The notes beneath the pieces were generated by a model. The model made no database searches, was not told the origin of the DNA, and saw nothing but the letters and a program-made list of their open reading frames with translations. 64,000 bases of DNA from Piromyces finnis finn (Eukaryota > Fungi > Neocallimastigomycota): NCBI GenBank assembly GCA_002104945.1, contig MCFH01000058.1:248001-312000 (forward strand), read 5' to 3'. The translations under genes and the position numbers were made by a program. Of this stretch, positions 43,501 to 56,258 are shown in pieces. Position 1 is the stretch's first letter. Each line of letters starts with the position of its first letter.

Positions 43501-45931
43501 TCATTTTTTTAAAGAAGAAGTGGAACTACTTGGTCACACTCTTTCTACTAAAGGTATTAAACCTATTGATTCTAAGGTTCAAGTTATTATGAATTGGTTA
43601 CCTCCGAAGAATATTAAACAACTACGTTCATTTATAGGTGCTATTGGTTATTATAGAAAGTTCATTTCTAACTTTGCTCAAATTGCTAAACCTCTATATG
43701 ATTTAACTAAGAAGAATGTTATATTTAAATGGGATGATATTTCTAATAATGCTTTTGAAGCACTTAAAAATAAATTAGTCATCGCACCTATTCTTACTCC
43801 TCCAGATTTCAGTAAACAATTTATAATACGTACGGATGCATCTAAATCAGGAATAGGTGGTGTACTTATTCAATTAGATGATGACGGTTTTGAAAAACCT
43901 CTCTATTTTGAAAGCAGAACATTATCTAATTCAGAATTAAATTATAGTATTACTGAACTTGAAGGGTTAGCTGCTTTTTACTGTGTGTGTAAATTTAAAC
44001 CATTTATAACTAGCAACAACCTTGAAACACTTTTGTATACTGATCATAAACCCTTGGTCTATATTTTTAATAGCAAAGAACCCTCATCAAGTCGTCATGT
44101 TAAATGGATAACAGAGTTCAGCATTTTGAAGGTTAAAGTCTTATATGAAGAGGGGAGGAAGAATGTTATAGCTGATGCTTTATCAAGACTTCAAAGTAAA
44201 TCAGAAAATGAAAATAATATTAATAGTAATAATATAAATGAAAAATGTGATAGCGGAAAAAATAATAATATAAAGGATAAAATGGAAGAAAATATAATTA
44301 AAAATAAGAAAGAAGAATGTTCATTATTTATAAATGATTATATAATATATAATAATAATATAAATAATGATTTATTTAATAATATTAATATTCCAGATAA
44401 TAAGCTTGGAATAAGAAAGGAAAATGAAGATAAAAATAAGAATTCAATGTCTTTAAATAACTCTAATGAAAATAAGATAAATGATAATATATTAATTAAT
44501 GATAAAATTTACGTTAATAATTATAATATTAATTATGATAAAAATAACAAACTGAATGATATGATATTAATTGAAAATTATAATGAAAATTGTAAAATAG
44601 ATCTTGATTATATAAATAATGGAAATGATAATAATATAGAAAGTGATAATAATAGTGATATTTGTAAAGACAATAATAATGTTATGATAAATATTAATGA
44701 GAATAATAGCAAAAGAAATATGAATGATAATTATCTATATATAAATACAAATAATAATAGAAACATGCTAAACAATTTTATTGAAGATTTTATAAATAAA
44801 AGATTTGTATATATTGATGGAGTTCAATATTATAAACAAAATGATTTATTAAGAAAAGTTATTACAAATAGTGATGAAAAATGGAAACTAATTAATGAAG
44901 CTCATTCTATTGGTCATGAAGGAACATACAAGACATATCACAGACTAAGAAGAGATTATTTTTGGAAAGGTATGAAAAAGGATATTAAAGTATTTATTAA
45001 ATGTTGTCATAAATGTCAAACATATAAACCACAACCATCTAATATGTATCCGGAAGATTTAGCAACTCCTCCAGGTTTACCATTTAGTAGAGTTGGTCTA
45101 GATTTAATAGGTCCGTTATATACTACTGCTAGAGGAAATAAATATATAATTGTATTGGTAGATTATTTAACCAAATGGGTTGAAGCAGAACCCTTAATAA
45201 AAACTGAATCGGAGGATGTAATAAGATTCCTTACTAATGTATTTTCAAGACATGGTATACCAGAATTATTAATTACAGATAATGGACCACAATTCATATC
45301 TGATAAAACAAAAGCTTTTCTAGATTTACATGATGTATATGTTCATTATATTAGTACCTATCATCCAGCCTCAAATGGAGAAGTTGAAAATAGAAATAGG
45401 GAAATATCAAAATACTTACGATTATTAGGAAAGAAAAATAAAGATTGGGATGAAACATTACCTAGTGCATTATGGGCTCTTAGAACTGCAAAAAACGAAG
45501 TTACAAAATTTAGTAGTTTTGAACTCTTATACGGAAGAAGAGACCTTCAACCATTTGAACTTAGTATCAATGTTGATAAAAGATTAAAAGAAGAAAATGA
45601 AGAAGAATATTATATTAGAAAATTTATAAATCATAACCAATGGATTAAAGAAGCGATAAATAATATTGAAACAGCTAATGAGCTATGGAAAGATAGAAGA
45701 AGACAAATCAAAAGACTACGTAGTGAATTTAAGCCTGGTGATTTAGTTCTAATTAGAAGTTTTAATAGAAGAAAATTAGATCCTTATTACCTTGGACCTT
45801 TAAAAATTGTAAAACAACAATTTAATACTGTAACAGTATGCGACCCAATTACAAATGATATTGCAGAAAGAAATATTCATTTAAAGAATGTAATCCCCTA
45901 TATTAGTAATTTTATTGAAATGAAACATTAA
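40559..45931 (+). pseudogene. pol: Pol of element G, with frameshifts at about 40726 and 43146
   Basis: Motifs LDSCAS, YIDD, RTDAS, HHCC, DDE, GPL. DAYSL-(C)CT-LIDD indicates a lost C; an apparent extra T at ATCATTTAAT. Confidence 0.88.
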
Positions 45932-46770
45932 TGAAAGATACGACGACTTCAAGGGACGAAGTCTTATCTAAAGTGGGGGCATCCTGATACAAGATGCATA
46001 GAAAAATATAATATTTTAAGTATTTCATGAATAATATCTAATCCTTTTATAAATTGTATATCAATTACTAGTGTTAATAATAATTAAACTATATTAGTAT
46101 AAATTATTATGACGCAAATGTTACACATATATTAGAATAATTAATTACACAAGAAACGAAAAGATATAAAAATAGTGATAAAGAACAATATATAAAAGAA
46201 GAGAAAAAACTTTTCATATATAAATAATATTTGATATTTTAGTTTTAAGTATAAGTTCTATTTTATTTTATTTTAGTTACAGTTTATTTTAGTTTAGTTT
46301 TAGGTCACTAATTACGTATTTAGTATTTATTTATCATATTTAATTCAGTTTAAAATATTAATTATAAAAGAAAAGAATAATTATTGTTTATTTTTATTAT
46401 TTCAAAAAGTTATATTTTATTATTAATAAGAATTTTATCAACGTATTTTTATATTTACATTTTATATTTAAGTATTTATATTCATTAAACAATAACTTTC
46501 GATTCTACTAGTATTGAATGTTATTAATGTTATAATTATAATCATAATAATAATAATAATTAAATAAAGAAACTTTAAACCAAAATCTATTTAATTATAT
46601 TATTATAAAATTTATTATTTTTATTATTTGTTTTTATTATTTATTTTTATTATTATAAAATAGAAATAAATACAATATTATCTAATATATTATTCAACTC
46701 TCATTCCCTATTGCTAACGTTCACAATTATATTTTATTTATGGTGTTTTTGAAATATATTGCATCATTTT

Positions 46771-47475
46771 TGTTAAGGAACCAACAAATAATGTTATTCT
46801 TGTCATAATTAATGATTATGACCTAATCCATTATTGTTCCTAAATGTATGAAAACTTTACAATATTCTTATTTGTAAATTAATGTATACACTTAAATTAT
46901 ATTTAAAATTATTAATAATTATTTTTATTGAACTTAAATTTTATTTTATTAAACTTAAAAATTAATTTAGTAATAATAATATATTGGAAATTATAGTTTA
47001 TTGAACTTTTAGTTTAATTTATCAAGTTAATGAATTTTTATTAATTAAAATTATGAATAATATTTCTGTAAAATAGTAAAATTCTTTAGTTAAATATATT
47101 TAAAGTAAACTTTTAATGTATGTTAATCAATTTAATAATATGTATAAATATTTATTATAATAGTAATGTAATTTTATTATTCATTTAAAAGTAATTTAAA
47201 TACTAAAATTAATGTAAATAATTAAAGACTAATTCTTTTAATTAACACTACTTAATTTTTTACAAAAAGTATAAAAAGGTGTATATTATAAGAATTAGAG
47301 AGGAGAGATATTTTTATTTATATTTTTATTTTATTTTTATAATTTTATATTAATATCTTAATAAAACAATTTTATTAATAAAACAAATTTTCTTATTTCA
47401 TTTTAATATTATTTTTGAGTATTAATAAATTTATTAATATTTTATAAATAAAATTAAATTCCTCGAACCATAACA
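46771..47475. mobile_element. Probable solo LTR, family M (705 bp)
   Basis: TGTTA...TAACA termini with T-run flanks, abutting LTRs on both sides; single copy in the window. Confidence 0.6.
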
Positions 47476-47478
47476 TTT

Positions 47479-48289
47479 TGATAAATAATGAAATTAATAA
47501 ATATAAAATTATTATACCTGATTTTTAAGTTAACCCTAAAAGTAACTTAAAACAAGTTATAGTTTAATTAAGTACTTTACCAAAATTCTTAAATAAAATT
47601 AATCCTAAACACTGCATATATTTTGATTATTGAAAGAAAATAATAAACTTTAATTAATCGAGATCAAAATATATAACTCTTGTTAAATTAATTGTTAAAT
47701 TAAATATTTAATAACTTCGTTAGTAAATTACACTTTAATAAAAGTAAACAAATATAATAATTCATGTTATAAAATAATATAATTAAACACCTTTATTAAA
47801 ACATTAAAAATAATTATTACTTTAATTAATTGTAAAATAAACAACTTTTTATATTCTTTAACTTTTAATTATTTCTTTTATTGTTATTTCTAATTACTTT
47901 TATTATTTTTATTGTAAATAGTTATTAATTTTATTGTTTTAATGTAAATAGTTTAAATTTAAAAGAAAATATAAATACATGTAAATATTCTTATTTTAAT
48001 CATTATTATTATTATTAATAAAGAAATATTATATAGTTAGATTAATATTTTATAATTTTAATAATCACTTTTATACTTAAATAAATAAAATTTTAAATAT
48101 TTAAATATTAGAAAAACAAGTGTTACTAATAAAACAATTTAGTGTTTTAACAAAACAATTTTATTAATTTTTATAAAAACGATTTTAAATCTTAATCAAT
48201 ATAACTTATATAGTTATAACAAAAGATATAATATAATAATCACTTTTTGAAGTAAAATTCAAAATTAAGATTATTATCAAATTATATCA
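47479..48289 (+). mobile_element. Solo LTR, family A (811 bp)
   Basis: Matches the other family A copies; flanks TTT and TCTG do not match each other. Confidence 0.9.
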
Positions 48290-48293
48290 TCTG

Positions 48294-48883
48294 TGATATA
48301 AATTGGAATTAATAAATATGAAATTATAATCTTGATATAAACTAACCCTCAAAACAACTTAAAAATAAATAATAAATAATAATAATATTAAATGTTTAAT
48401 TAAAAGTAAAAAAATTATATATTAAAACTCAGTTTAAATTATATTTTTGTTATAAAATAAACATAGTATAAATAACATTTTAAATAGTAAAATAGTGTTA
48501 TATTAATTAAATTAATTACTTTAAAATAAATTGTTTCTTTTATTTATTATTCATTATTATTTTAAAACATATTAATATTTTATTTTAAAAAGTTAAAACA
48601 GAAAGAAAATTATAAATACATGTAATTATTTCCTAATTTAAAAATCAATCAATACTTTTAATAAATGTATTAAATAAAGAGTTGATTCAAAAATATATTT
48701 TAAAATTGTGTTTTAAAACATAACTTTTATATTTTGTTAATAATCGTTATGTCGAATTAAAATATTTCAAATAACTTTATAATAAAAATTTATTTTAAAT
48801 CTTTTTTTTTTATAAATTGATAAGAATATTATCACTTTTATAATTATATAATTATAAATTAAGATAATATTAAACACTTATCA
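48294..48883 (+). mobile_element. Solo LTR, family H (diverged relative of A)
   Basis: TGATA...TATCA termini; TCTG on both sides; both ends resemble family A. Confidence 0.75.
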
Positions 48884-48887
48884 TCTG

Positions 48888-49382
48888 TGGTAAAGAATGA
48901 AATTTATAAATAATGAATTAATAGAATAGCTGATTTTAAGATTATATAAGCTTAATATAAATTAAAATAATAGTAAATAATCAAAATAATATAAAATATA
49001 AATGTTTAATTAAATTTTAAAAATGTAAAATATAAACAACTTTTGTTTATAAACAAACTTAAATGTAATTATTTATTATAATTAGAAATAGAAAATATTA
49101 TTTTTAAAGATTGTTACTAATTAGCCAGGAAAATTAGAATATTTTAAAATTATAATAAATTAATATATTTTTTTTTTATAATACATAGCGAGATGTATTA
49201 TACATTTATTTTAAATAAATAAACTAATATTATAAAACAAGATGTGTTTTTAAAACTTTAAATTATATTTAATAATTATATAAACTTGTAGAATGAGCAA
49301 GTAAAAATAATTCATTCAATTACACACAAATATACCACTTTCTAAGCTTATTTAGAATTAAGGTATATTTGAACGTGTGTCA
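48888..49382 (+). mobile_element. Solo LTR, family J
   Basis: TG...TGTCA termini; TCTG on both sides; homologous to 63743-64000 and 26858-27593. Confidence 0.8.
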
Positions 49383-49392
49383 TCTGTATGTA

Positions 49393-50659
49393 TGTAAGAA
49401 ATATTTGTGGCCATAAGTTTGCCCACAAATATTTCAATTATAAAGTGGGCTAGGATTGGTATGTAACTTGGTCAGAATGTTTCATATAATATAACTTAAT
49501 TTACTAATAAAATATTAAACTTATTTATTATTAAATCTTTTCTTCAAAACTTATTAAAGAATTTAATTAATACTAATTTAAAATTAAATAGGTTTTTATA
49601 TTTAAAATAAAAATTTTAATATAATTTAATTATGAAATTTGTTTATTAATTATTTATTTATTAAGATAATATTTATTAAGTTATATTATAGTTAATAATT
49701 AATAATTAATAATCTTACAAAGAATTTCAAAATTGATTTCAATTCTTTGTTTAAATACTTTTTTCTTACATATAATAAAATTACATTGATATTAATATTG
49801 ATATTAATAATAAAGATAAAAATAAAATAATTTTAAATTAAAATATTAATAATTGATATTGATATTAATAATATGAATTCATATGATAGATCTTAAGATT
49901 AATATTTTAAATTACTTTTAAAATAAAAGTATTGTTTTAACCATTTTAAATTGTAAATATTTAATATTATAAATTGAGAATAACAATTACTGATACTAAT
50001 TATATATTCTCATGATTAATTAATTAATAATTATAACTAATGATTTTTGATCCAAAGGCTTTTTTGGTTTAATTATGATTGAGGTTATTAATCAAAATTA
50101 TTTGAAAAATTATTAATTAATTTTTATAATTGATTAGGTTTATAATCAAGAATATTTATTATCTAACCTTATTTAATAATAATGGAGAATTTTTAAATTG
50201 AATTATTTATAGAAAGTTGGATGACTTGAATAATGACTTTAATTATATAAATTAATATTAATCATTTTAATATATATTATTATATATTTATTGGAGCTAA
50301 TTAAATCTTTAAATAGCTATATCTCAAGAACTAGTGGTCTAAATTAGCTGAAAATTTGTGAGAATATAGATCTCAACCAGTACTTTCTAATAAAATTGAT
50401 TTGAATTCTCTAGAAAAGGAAAATAGGACACGAGATTCAGAAGTTATCACTAGTTTCTTATAGTGCATTTTCTTCTCAAGGGTTAATTTATTGAAAATTA
50501 AATTTTTGTGATCCTTAACCCTTTTCAATATTAAATTTTTCCAAGTGATCTTTTTAATTATTTTTAAAAGTGTTTTATAATTTTTGAAATATAAATTTGA
50601 TTTTTAAATTGTTTATTTGAATATTTAATTTATTTTTTAATCGTCTTCTATTCTTGACA
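49393..50659. mobile_element. Family L LTR start (49393 to about 49437) followed by a probable diverged minus-strand LTR of the B/D group
   Basis: First 45 nt match 36970; then GGTCAGAATG (as in family B), ATAATCTTACAAAG at 49709 and CCAAGTGATC (as in D). The right end is a guess (TGACA at 50659). Confidence 0.45.
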
Positions 50660-52406
50660 TCGTGTTTATTCAGCTAGTTTTTATTATGTTTTTATGTGAG
50701 TAGCATATCATAGTGTAAGAAATAATAATTATTTGATACATAATTAATATTTCTTAGTTAAAATCATTAATTATTAATCATTAATTAATGTTATTAATAT
50801 TAGTTTATTTAAATAATTATTCTCATTTAAATTTATTTCAATTATTTATTTTCACTTAATTTTAATATCTTAAATTACATTTAGCCATTTAATTATATTA
50901 TTCATTAATATTTTATTTAATATTTTTATTAATTATATTTATGCATTTAATTAATTAATTTAATTAATTACTTTTATTTAACTTTATATTTTTATTAATT
51001 ATATTTATTCATTTAATTAATTAATTTAATTAATTACTTTTATTTAACTTTATATTTTTATCAAATATATTTAATTATTTATTTAATTAATTACTTTAAA
51101 ATAATTATTCATTGTTTAGGAATCAATATTTTAAGGTTTTTTCCAATTTCTAAAATAATTGGTTTTACTTAAAATATACGATGATCAATATGTATAGAAT
51201 GTTGATCCAACTTTGTTTAGGTTTTTCTTCTAATCTTTTCATAAACAAAAAATTATTTTGTTAAGATTAGATAAAATTTTAATTTAAACTTTATATTTAT
51301 TAAATAATATAAATAAGACTCTTGATTCTCTTCTAAGTAATCAAGAGTTATTATTATAAGAAACAAATTATAATAATAAAAGTGTTTTTAATTTTATTTT
51401 ACTTAACTTAGTTATAATAAAACATATTAACTTATTAAAGTGTAAAATTATTTCTACTCTTATAATAAACTCGAACTTAAAGATAAGTATTAATATTTAT
51501 TTTCTTTTTATTCTCAATTTATCAATAAATTGTAGTTAATAATTCTATTATATAATAATTTATAATGGAATTATTACACAACTGATATAATTTGATAATA
51601 ATCTTAATTTTGAATTTTACTTCAAAAAGTGATTATTATATTATATCTTTTGTTATAACTATATAAGTTATATTGATTAAGATTTAAGATCGCTTTTATA
51701 AAAATTAATAAAATTGTTTTGTTAAAACACTATATTGTTTTATTAGAAACACTTGTTTTTCTAATATTTAAATATTTAAAATTTTATTTATTTAAGTATA
51801 AAAGTGATTATTAAAATTATAAAATATTAATCTAACTATATAATATTTCTTTATTAATAATAATAATGATGATTAAAATAAGAATATTTACATGTATTTA
51901 TATTTTCTTTTAAATTTAAACTATTTACATTAAAACAATAAAATTAATAACTATTTACAATAAAAATAATAAAAGTAATTAGAAATAACAATAAAAGAAA
52001 TAATTAAAAGTTAAAGAATATAAAAAGTTGTTTATTTTACAATTAATTAAAGTAATAATTATTATTAATGTTTTAATAAAGGTGTTTAATTATATTATTT
52101 TATAACATGAATTATTATATTTGTTTACTTTTAAAGTGTAATTTACTAACGAAGTTATTAAATATTTAATTTAACAATTAATTTAACAAGAGTTATATAT
52201 TTTGATCTCGATTAATTAAAGTTTATTATTTTCTTTCAATAATCAAAATATATGCAGTGTTTAGGATTAATTTTATTTAAGAATTTTGGTAAAGTACTTA
52301 ATTAAACTATAACTTGTTTTAAGTTACTTTTAGGGTTAACTTAAAAATCAGGTATAATAATAATTTTATATTTATTAATTTCATTATTTATCAGTTTCTC
52401 GGCCTT

Positions 52407-55400
52407 TTAAGAATTAACTTCGTCCCTTGAAGTTAAATTTTGTTCTGGTAGAACGTAAGGAAAAATATTTTTAATATGTACATTTCTATCAAGTAGTTTT
52501 CCTGTATGTGGATCTTCAAGTACAACAGTATTAAATTTTTGTTTATTAACAACTTTATAAGGACCATAAAAATAAGGATTTAATTTACTTTTTCCTATTA
52601 ATCTTATCATAACATGATCACCCGGTTTATAAGTCTTCTTTAAAGCTTTGGATAAACCTATTCTATGTTCCCAATATTGATTAGCATGATTAGAATATTC
52701 AGTAGCTTGTTTTACCCAATTTTGATGCCTTAAAAATCTTCTAAAAATATATTCCTCTTCTGTTTCATTAGGATCTTTATAAATATCAGGAAACATTATT
52801 TCTAATGGCCATGTGTCTCTTCTACCATATAATAATTCGAAACTACTAAACTTTGTTTTTGAATTTTTGGTAGTTCTAAGTGACCATAATGCAGATGGTA
52901 GATATTCATCCCATTCAGATTCATTTTCAATTAAGAGTCTTAAAGTTTTTCCTATTTCTTTGTTTCTATTCTCAATCATACCATTAGATTGTGGGTGATG
53001 AGGAGAAACAAAATGAACCCATGATCCATATAAATCAATCATCATTTTAGTAATATCAGAAATAAATGAACTTCCATTATCAGTAACAATTATTTCTGGT
53101 GGACCATGTCTTGTTATTACTTCTATTAAAAATTTTATTACTTCTTCTGATTTCATATTTGGAATTGCTTTAGCTTCAACCCATTTAGTGAAATAATCAA
53201 CAAGGGTAATAATATAAGAATTTCCATGTTTAGTAAGTGGTAATGGGCCAACTATATCTAATCCGACTCTAGTAAATGGTTGTTCAATTGGGGTTATATT
53301 ATCTTCAGTATTTTTAGGTAAAGGCTTAGGTCTACAAAGTTGACATTTTCTACAGGACTTTACCCACATTCTAACATCATTCCAAATACCAGGCCAATAA
53401 TAAGATTTTAAAATTCTATTTGTGGTCTTTTCAGCACCTTCATGACCAACAGAATGAGCACGACTAATAATATCTTTTTTATCTTCATCTTTGTAAATAA
53501 CTTTAAGATATAATTCATCTTTTTTATAATAAAGAGTATTATCAACAACTTGATAATTTTTAGTAAAATATTTTTTTATTCCTTCAGGTAGGTCTAAATC
53601 TCTTGGATTAAAATCAGACAAAATTGCATAAGCACAATTTACTATTTCATCAGAATTTTTAGAAGGTAATCTTGAAAGGGCATCAGCAAAAACTTTTTTC
53701 TTTCCTTTATCATATTTTAATTCAATTTTATATTTATTAAATTCTTCAATCCATCTTGCATGTCTACCTTTTGATGGAATATTCTTTTTATAAAATCCAA
53801 GTAATGGTTTATGATCAGTAATTAATATGGTAGGATTTTTATTACTTATGATATATTGGCGAAATTGTAGAATTGCATAATAAATAGCTAATCCTTCAAG
53901 GTCAGTAACAGAATAATTCTTTTCTGAAGTAGATAAAGTACGACTAATACAACAAATTGGATGTTCCAATTTGTCCCCCTCCACCTGTAAGAGTACAGCA
54001 CCAATGCCATTAGTTGATGCATCAGTACGAATAATAAATTCTTTATTAAAATCAGGATAACTTAAAATAGGATCACTTAATAGACATTGTTGGATATCTT
54101 CAAAAGCATTATTACATTCTTGTGACCAAATATATTCTTGGTCTTTCTTTAATAAATTAAAAAGAGAGCTTGCTCTAATAGAAAAATTTTGAATAAACTT
54201 GCGGTAGTAACTAGCTAAACCTAGGAATGATCTTAATTCATTAACATTTCTTGGAGCATTCCATAAAGCAATACTTTGAACTTTAGAAGGAACAGTTTTT
54301 AATCCGTTAGGTGTAAGTACATGTCCTAGTACTTCTACCTTTTCTTGAAAGAATTTACATTTTTGTAAATTAAGAGAAAGATTATATTTAGATAATATTT
54401 CAAAAACTTGTTGCAAATGATAAAGATGTTCTTCTGGTGATTTAGAATAAACAACAATATCATCAATGTAAACAAAAAGACATTTACCAATTAATGGTAA
54501 GAGAATCCTATTCATTTCTCGCTGGAAAGTAACGGGAGCATTAGTTAAACCAAATGGCATTACTTTAAAATTATAATTACCAAATTTCGTTGTAAAAGCA
54601 GTTTTTTCAATATCATTTGGGTTCATAGGAATTTGGTGGTAGCCAGAATATAAATCTAAAGCAGAAAATATTTTTGCACCATTAACAGAAGATATTAATT
54701 CATCAATAAAAGGAAGTGCATAAGAATCCTTAATAGTAATTTCATTAAGTCTTCTATAATCAATACACATTCTCCATTTACCATTTTTCTTTTGTACAAG
54801 TAAAACTGGAAATGACCATGGAGAGTGAGAAGGAGTAATTAAACCTTTATCAAGTAATGAAAGAATTTCACTTTTTAAAATATCAGCATGTTCCTTAGAT
54901 AATTTATAAGGTTTTAATTTTATTGGTTTATTAGTAGTAGTAATTATAGAATGAGGTTCTAAATCCGCAGTAGTTAATTGAGACATTGATGTAGCCATAC
55001 AATTTTTATATTTATTTATAATGTGTTCAAATTTTGATTTAATATTATCAGGTGTTGAATTTAAGATTTCTTTTAACGTATCTTGAAATTCTTGGTTTTC
55101 TTCTTTTGAAATAATTATAGAATTCATTAAGGGAATATCATTAGCATCATTATCATTACTATTGATAATGTTTGTAATTTTCTTTAAACCTTTTTTAGTT
55201 TTCTGGTATATATAATCATCATCAGGGTCAATAAATAAACTGTATTTCTTTTGAATACCTCTTCCAAAAATTATATCAAAGTATGGATTACTTTGTTCAA
55301 TAATATAAAATTTTTCTAAAATAGTACAACAATTATTAATATTTATTTTTAAAGTAGTAAAAACATTTGTAGGAACAGTAGTACCATTAGCAATAGTTAT

Positions 55401-56258
55401 ATTTTGTTCCTCATCACTTTTTTCAATATTTTTATTTGATAGTTTATTAAAACCATTTGTAGTAATGATATTGACATTTGCGCCAGTATCATAAAGAATT
55501 TTTAAATATTTTCCATCTATATCACCAATTATTAATGGAATATTAGAGTTATTAAAGGAGTACATCACTTTTGCAACTTTAGGTTTACATCCTTGTTCTA
55601 ATTCTTTTCTAAGTGATGGACTAGCAGAAAGTAATTGGGAAAGACTTATTTTTGGATATAAATTATTTGCTTCTTTAATTATACTAAATTTATCTTTGGT
55701 TTTTAACACTTGTATTTCTGTCATATTTCTTTTTGTGGTTACTTTGGTTTTGACAGAATTTTTCTTTACTTTTACATCACTTGTTTCATTATTATTTTTA
55801 AAAGTTTCTTCATTGGTAGAATCATTAGAGTTATTAATTTCAATAGGTTGGATATGTTCTTTTGTATTAGTAACTTCTTCTAAAGGTATTTCATTTATAT
55901 TATTTTGTTCTTCTTCACTTTCTATTTCTATTTCTTCATTTGGGGTTTCTTCCATAACTTCATCTTTATCTTCGCTAATTTTTCTTCTACGAGTATCTCT
56001 AATAGCCTTCTTTTGTTGTTTTAAATTCCTAATATTAGGTTGGTTAAGTATTGAGGGTTTGACAATACTTTTATTATTTGGTGATATTTTATTTTTATCT
56101 AATGTTTTAACATTTATTTTCTTCTTTTGAGCCGCATTAATAGAATAATTATTTTCATTAGAGATATTGGAATTTATTTGTGCTTCTTGTGTATTTTGTG
56201 AACTATTTGCAATTTTAGTTTTTATGGGAGATTGCTTACTCCCATTATTTAGTTTAAA
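52407..56258 (-). CDS. pol: Pol of element A (PR, RT, RNase H, IN with GPY; no chromodomain), uninterrupted
   Basis: The -1 frame is open from TTTAAAC through the 1182-aa ORF; motifs YDTGA, YIDD, RTDAS, HHCC, D-D-E. Confidence 0.93.
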   Translation of the reverse strand, partial: FKLNNGSKQSPIKTKIANSSQNTQEAQINSNISNENNYSINAAQKKKINVKTLDKNKISPNNKSIVKPSILNQPNIRNLKQQKKAIRDTRRRKISEDKDEVMEETPNEEIEIESEEEQNNINEIPLEEVTNTKEHIQPIEINNSNDSTNEETFKNNNETSDVKVKKNSVKTKVTTKRNMTEIQVLKTKDKFSIIKEANNLYPKISLSQLLSASPSLRKELEQGCKPKVAKVMYSFNNSNIPLIIGDIDGKYLKILYDTGANVNIITTNGFNKLSNKNIEKSDEEQNITIANGTTVPTNVFTTLKININNCCTILEKFYIIEQSNPYFDIIFGRGIQKKYSLFIDPDDDYIYQKTKKGLKKITNIINSNDNDANDIPLMNSIIISKEENQEFQDTLKEILNSTPDNIKSKFEHIINKYKNCMATSMSQLTTADLEPHSIITTTNKPIKLKPYKLSKEHADILKSEILSLLDKGLITPSHSPWSFPVLLVQKKNGKWRMCIDYRRLNEITIKDSYALPFIDELISSVNGAKIFSALDLYSGYHQIPMNPNDIEKTAFTTKFGNYNFKVMPFGLTNAPVTFQREMNRILLPLIGKCLFVYIDDIVVYSKSPEEHLYHLQQVFEILSKYNLSLNLQKCKFFQEKVEVLGHVLTPNGLKTVPSKVQSIALWNAPRNVNELRSFLGLASYYRKFIQNFSIRASSLFNLLKKDQEYIWSQECNNAFEDIQQCLLSDPILSYPDFNKEFIIRTDASTNGIGAVLLQVEGDKLEHPICCISRTLSTSEKNYSVTDLEGLAIYYAILQFRQYIISNKNPTILITDHKPLLGFYKKNIPSKGRHARWIEEFNKYKIELKYDKGKKKVFADALSRLPSKNSDEIVNCAYAILSDFNPRDLDLPEGIKKYFTKNYQVVDNTLYYKKDELYLKVIYKDEDKKDIISRAHSVGHEGAEKTTNRILKSYYWPGIWNDVRMWVKSCRKCQLCRPKPLPKNTEDNITPIEQPFTRVGLDIVGPLPLTKHGNSYIITLVDYFTKWVEAKAIPNMKSEEVIKFLIEVITRHGPPEIIVTDNGSSFISDITKMMIDLYGSWVHFVSPHHPQSNGMIENRNKEIGKTLRLLIENESEWDEYLPSALWSLRTTKNSKTKFSSFELLYGRRDTWPLEIMFPDIYKDPNETEEEYIFRRFLRHQNWVKQATEYSNHANQYWEHRIGLSKALKKTYKPGDHVMIRLIGKSKLNPYFYGPYKVVNKQKFNTVVLEDPHTGKLLDRNVHIKNIFPYVLPEQNLTSRDEVNS

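Larger units (their letters stand above)
37477..46766 (+). mobile_element. Full-length Ty3/Gypsy element G (tRNA-primed, no chromodomain), carrying a SINE
   Basis: 782-bp LTRs (37477-38258, 45985-46766) with about 5 substitutions; TTTT flanks; PBS TGGTGGAGAATCCGGG from 38266; PPT AAAGTGGGGG at about 45970-45979. Confidence 0.95.

Noticed and set aside
47460-47472. TGGTTCGAGGA on the minus strand, resembling a PBS
   Set aside because: It lies inside the TGTTA...TAACA unit 46771-47475, with no matching LTR end or gag next to it.
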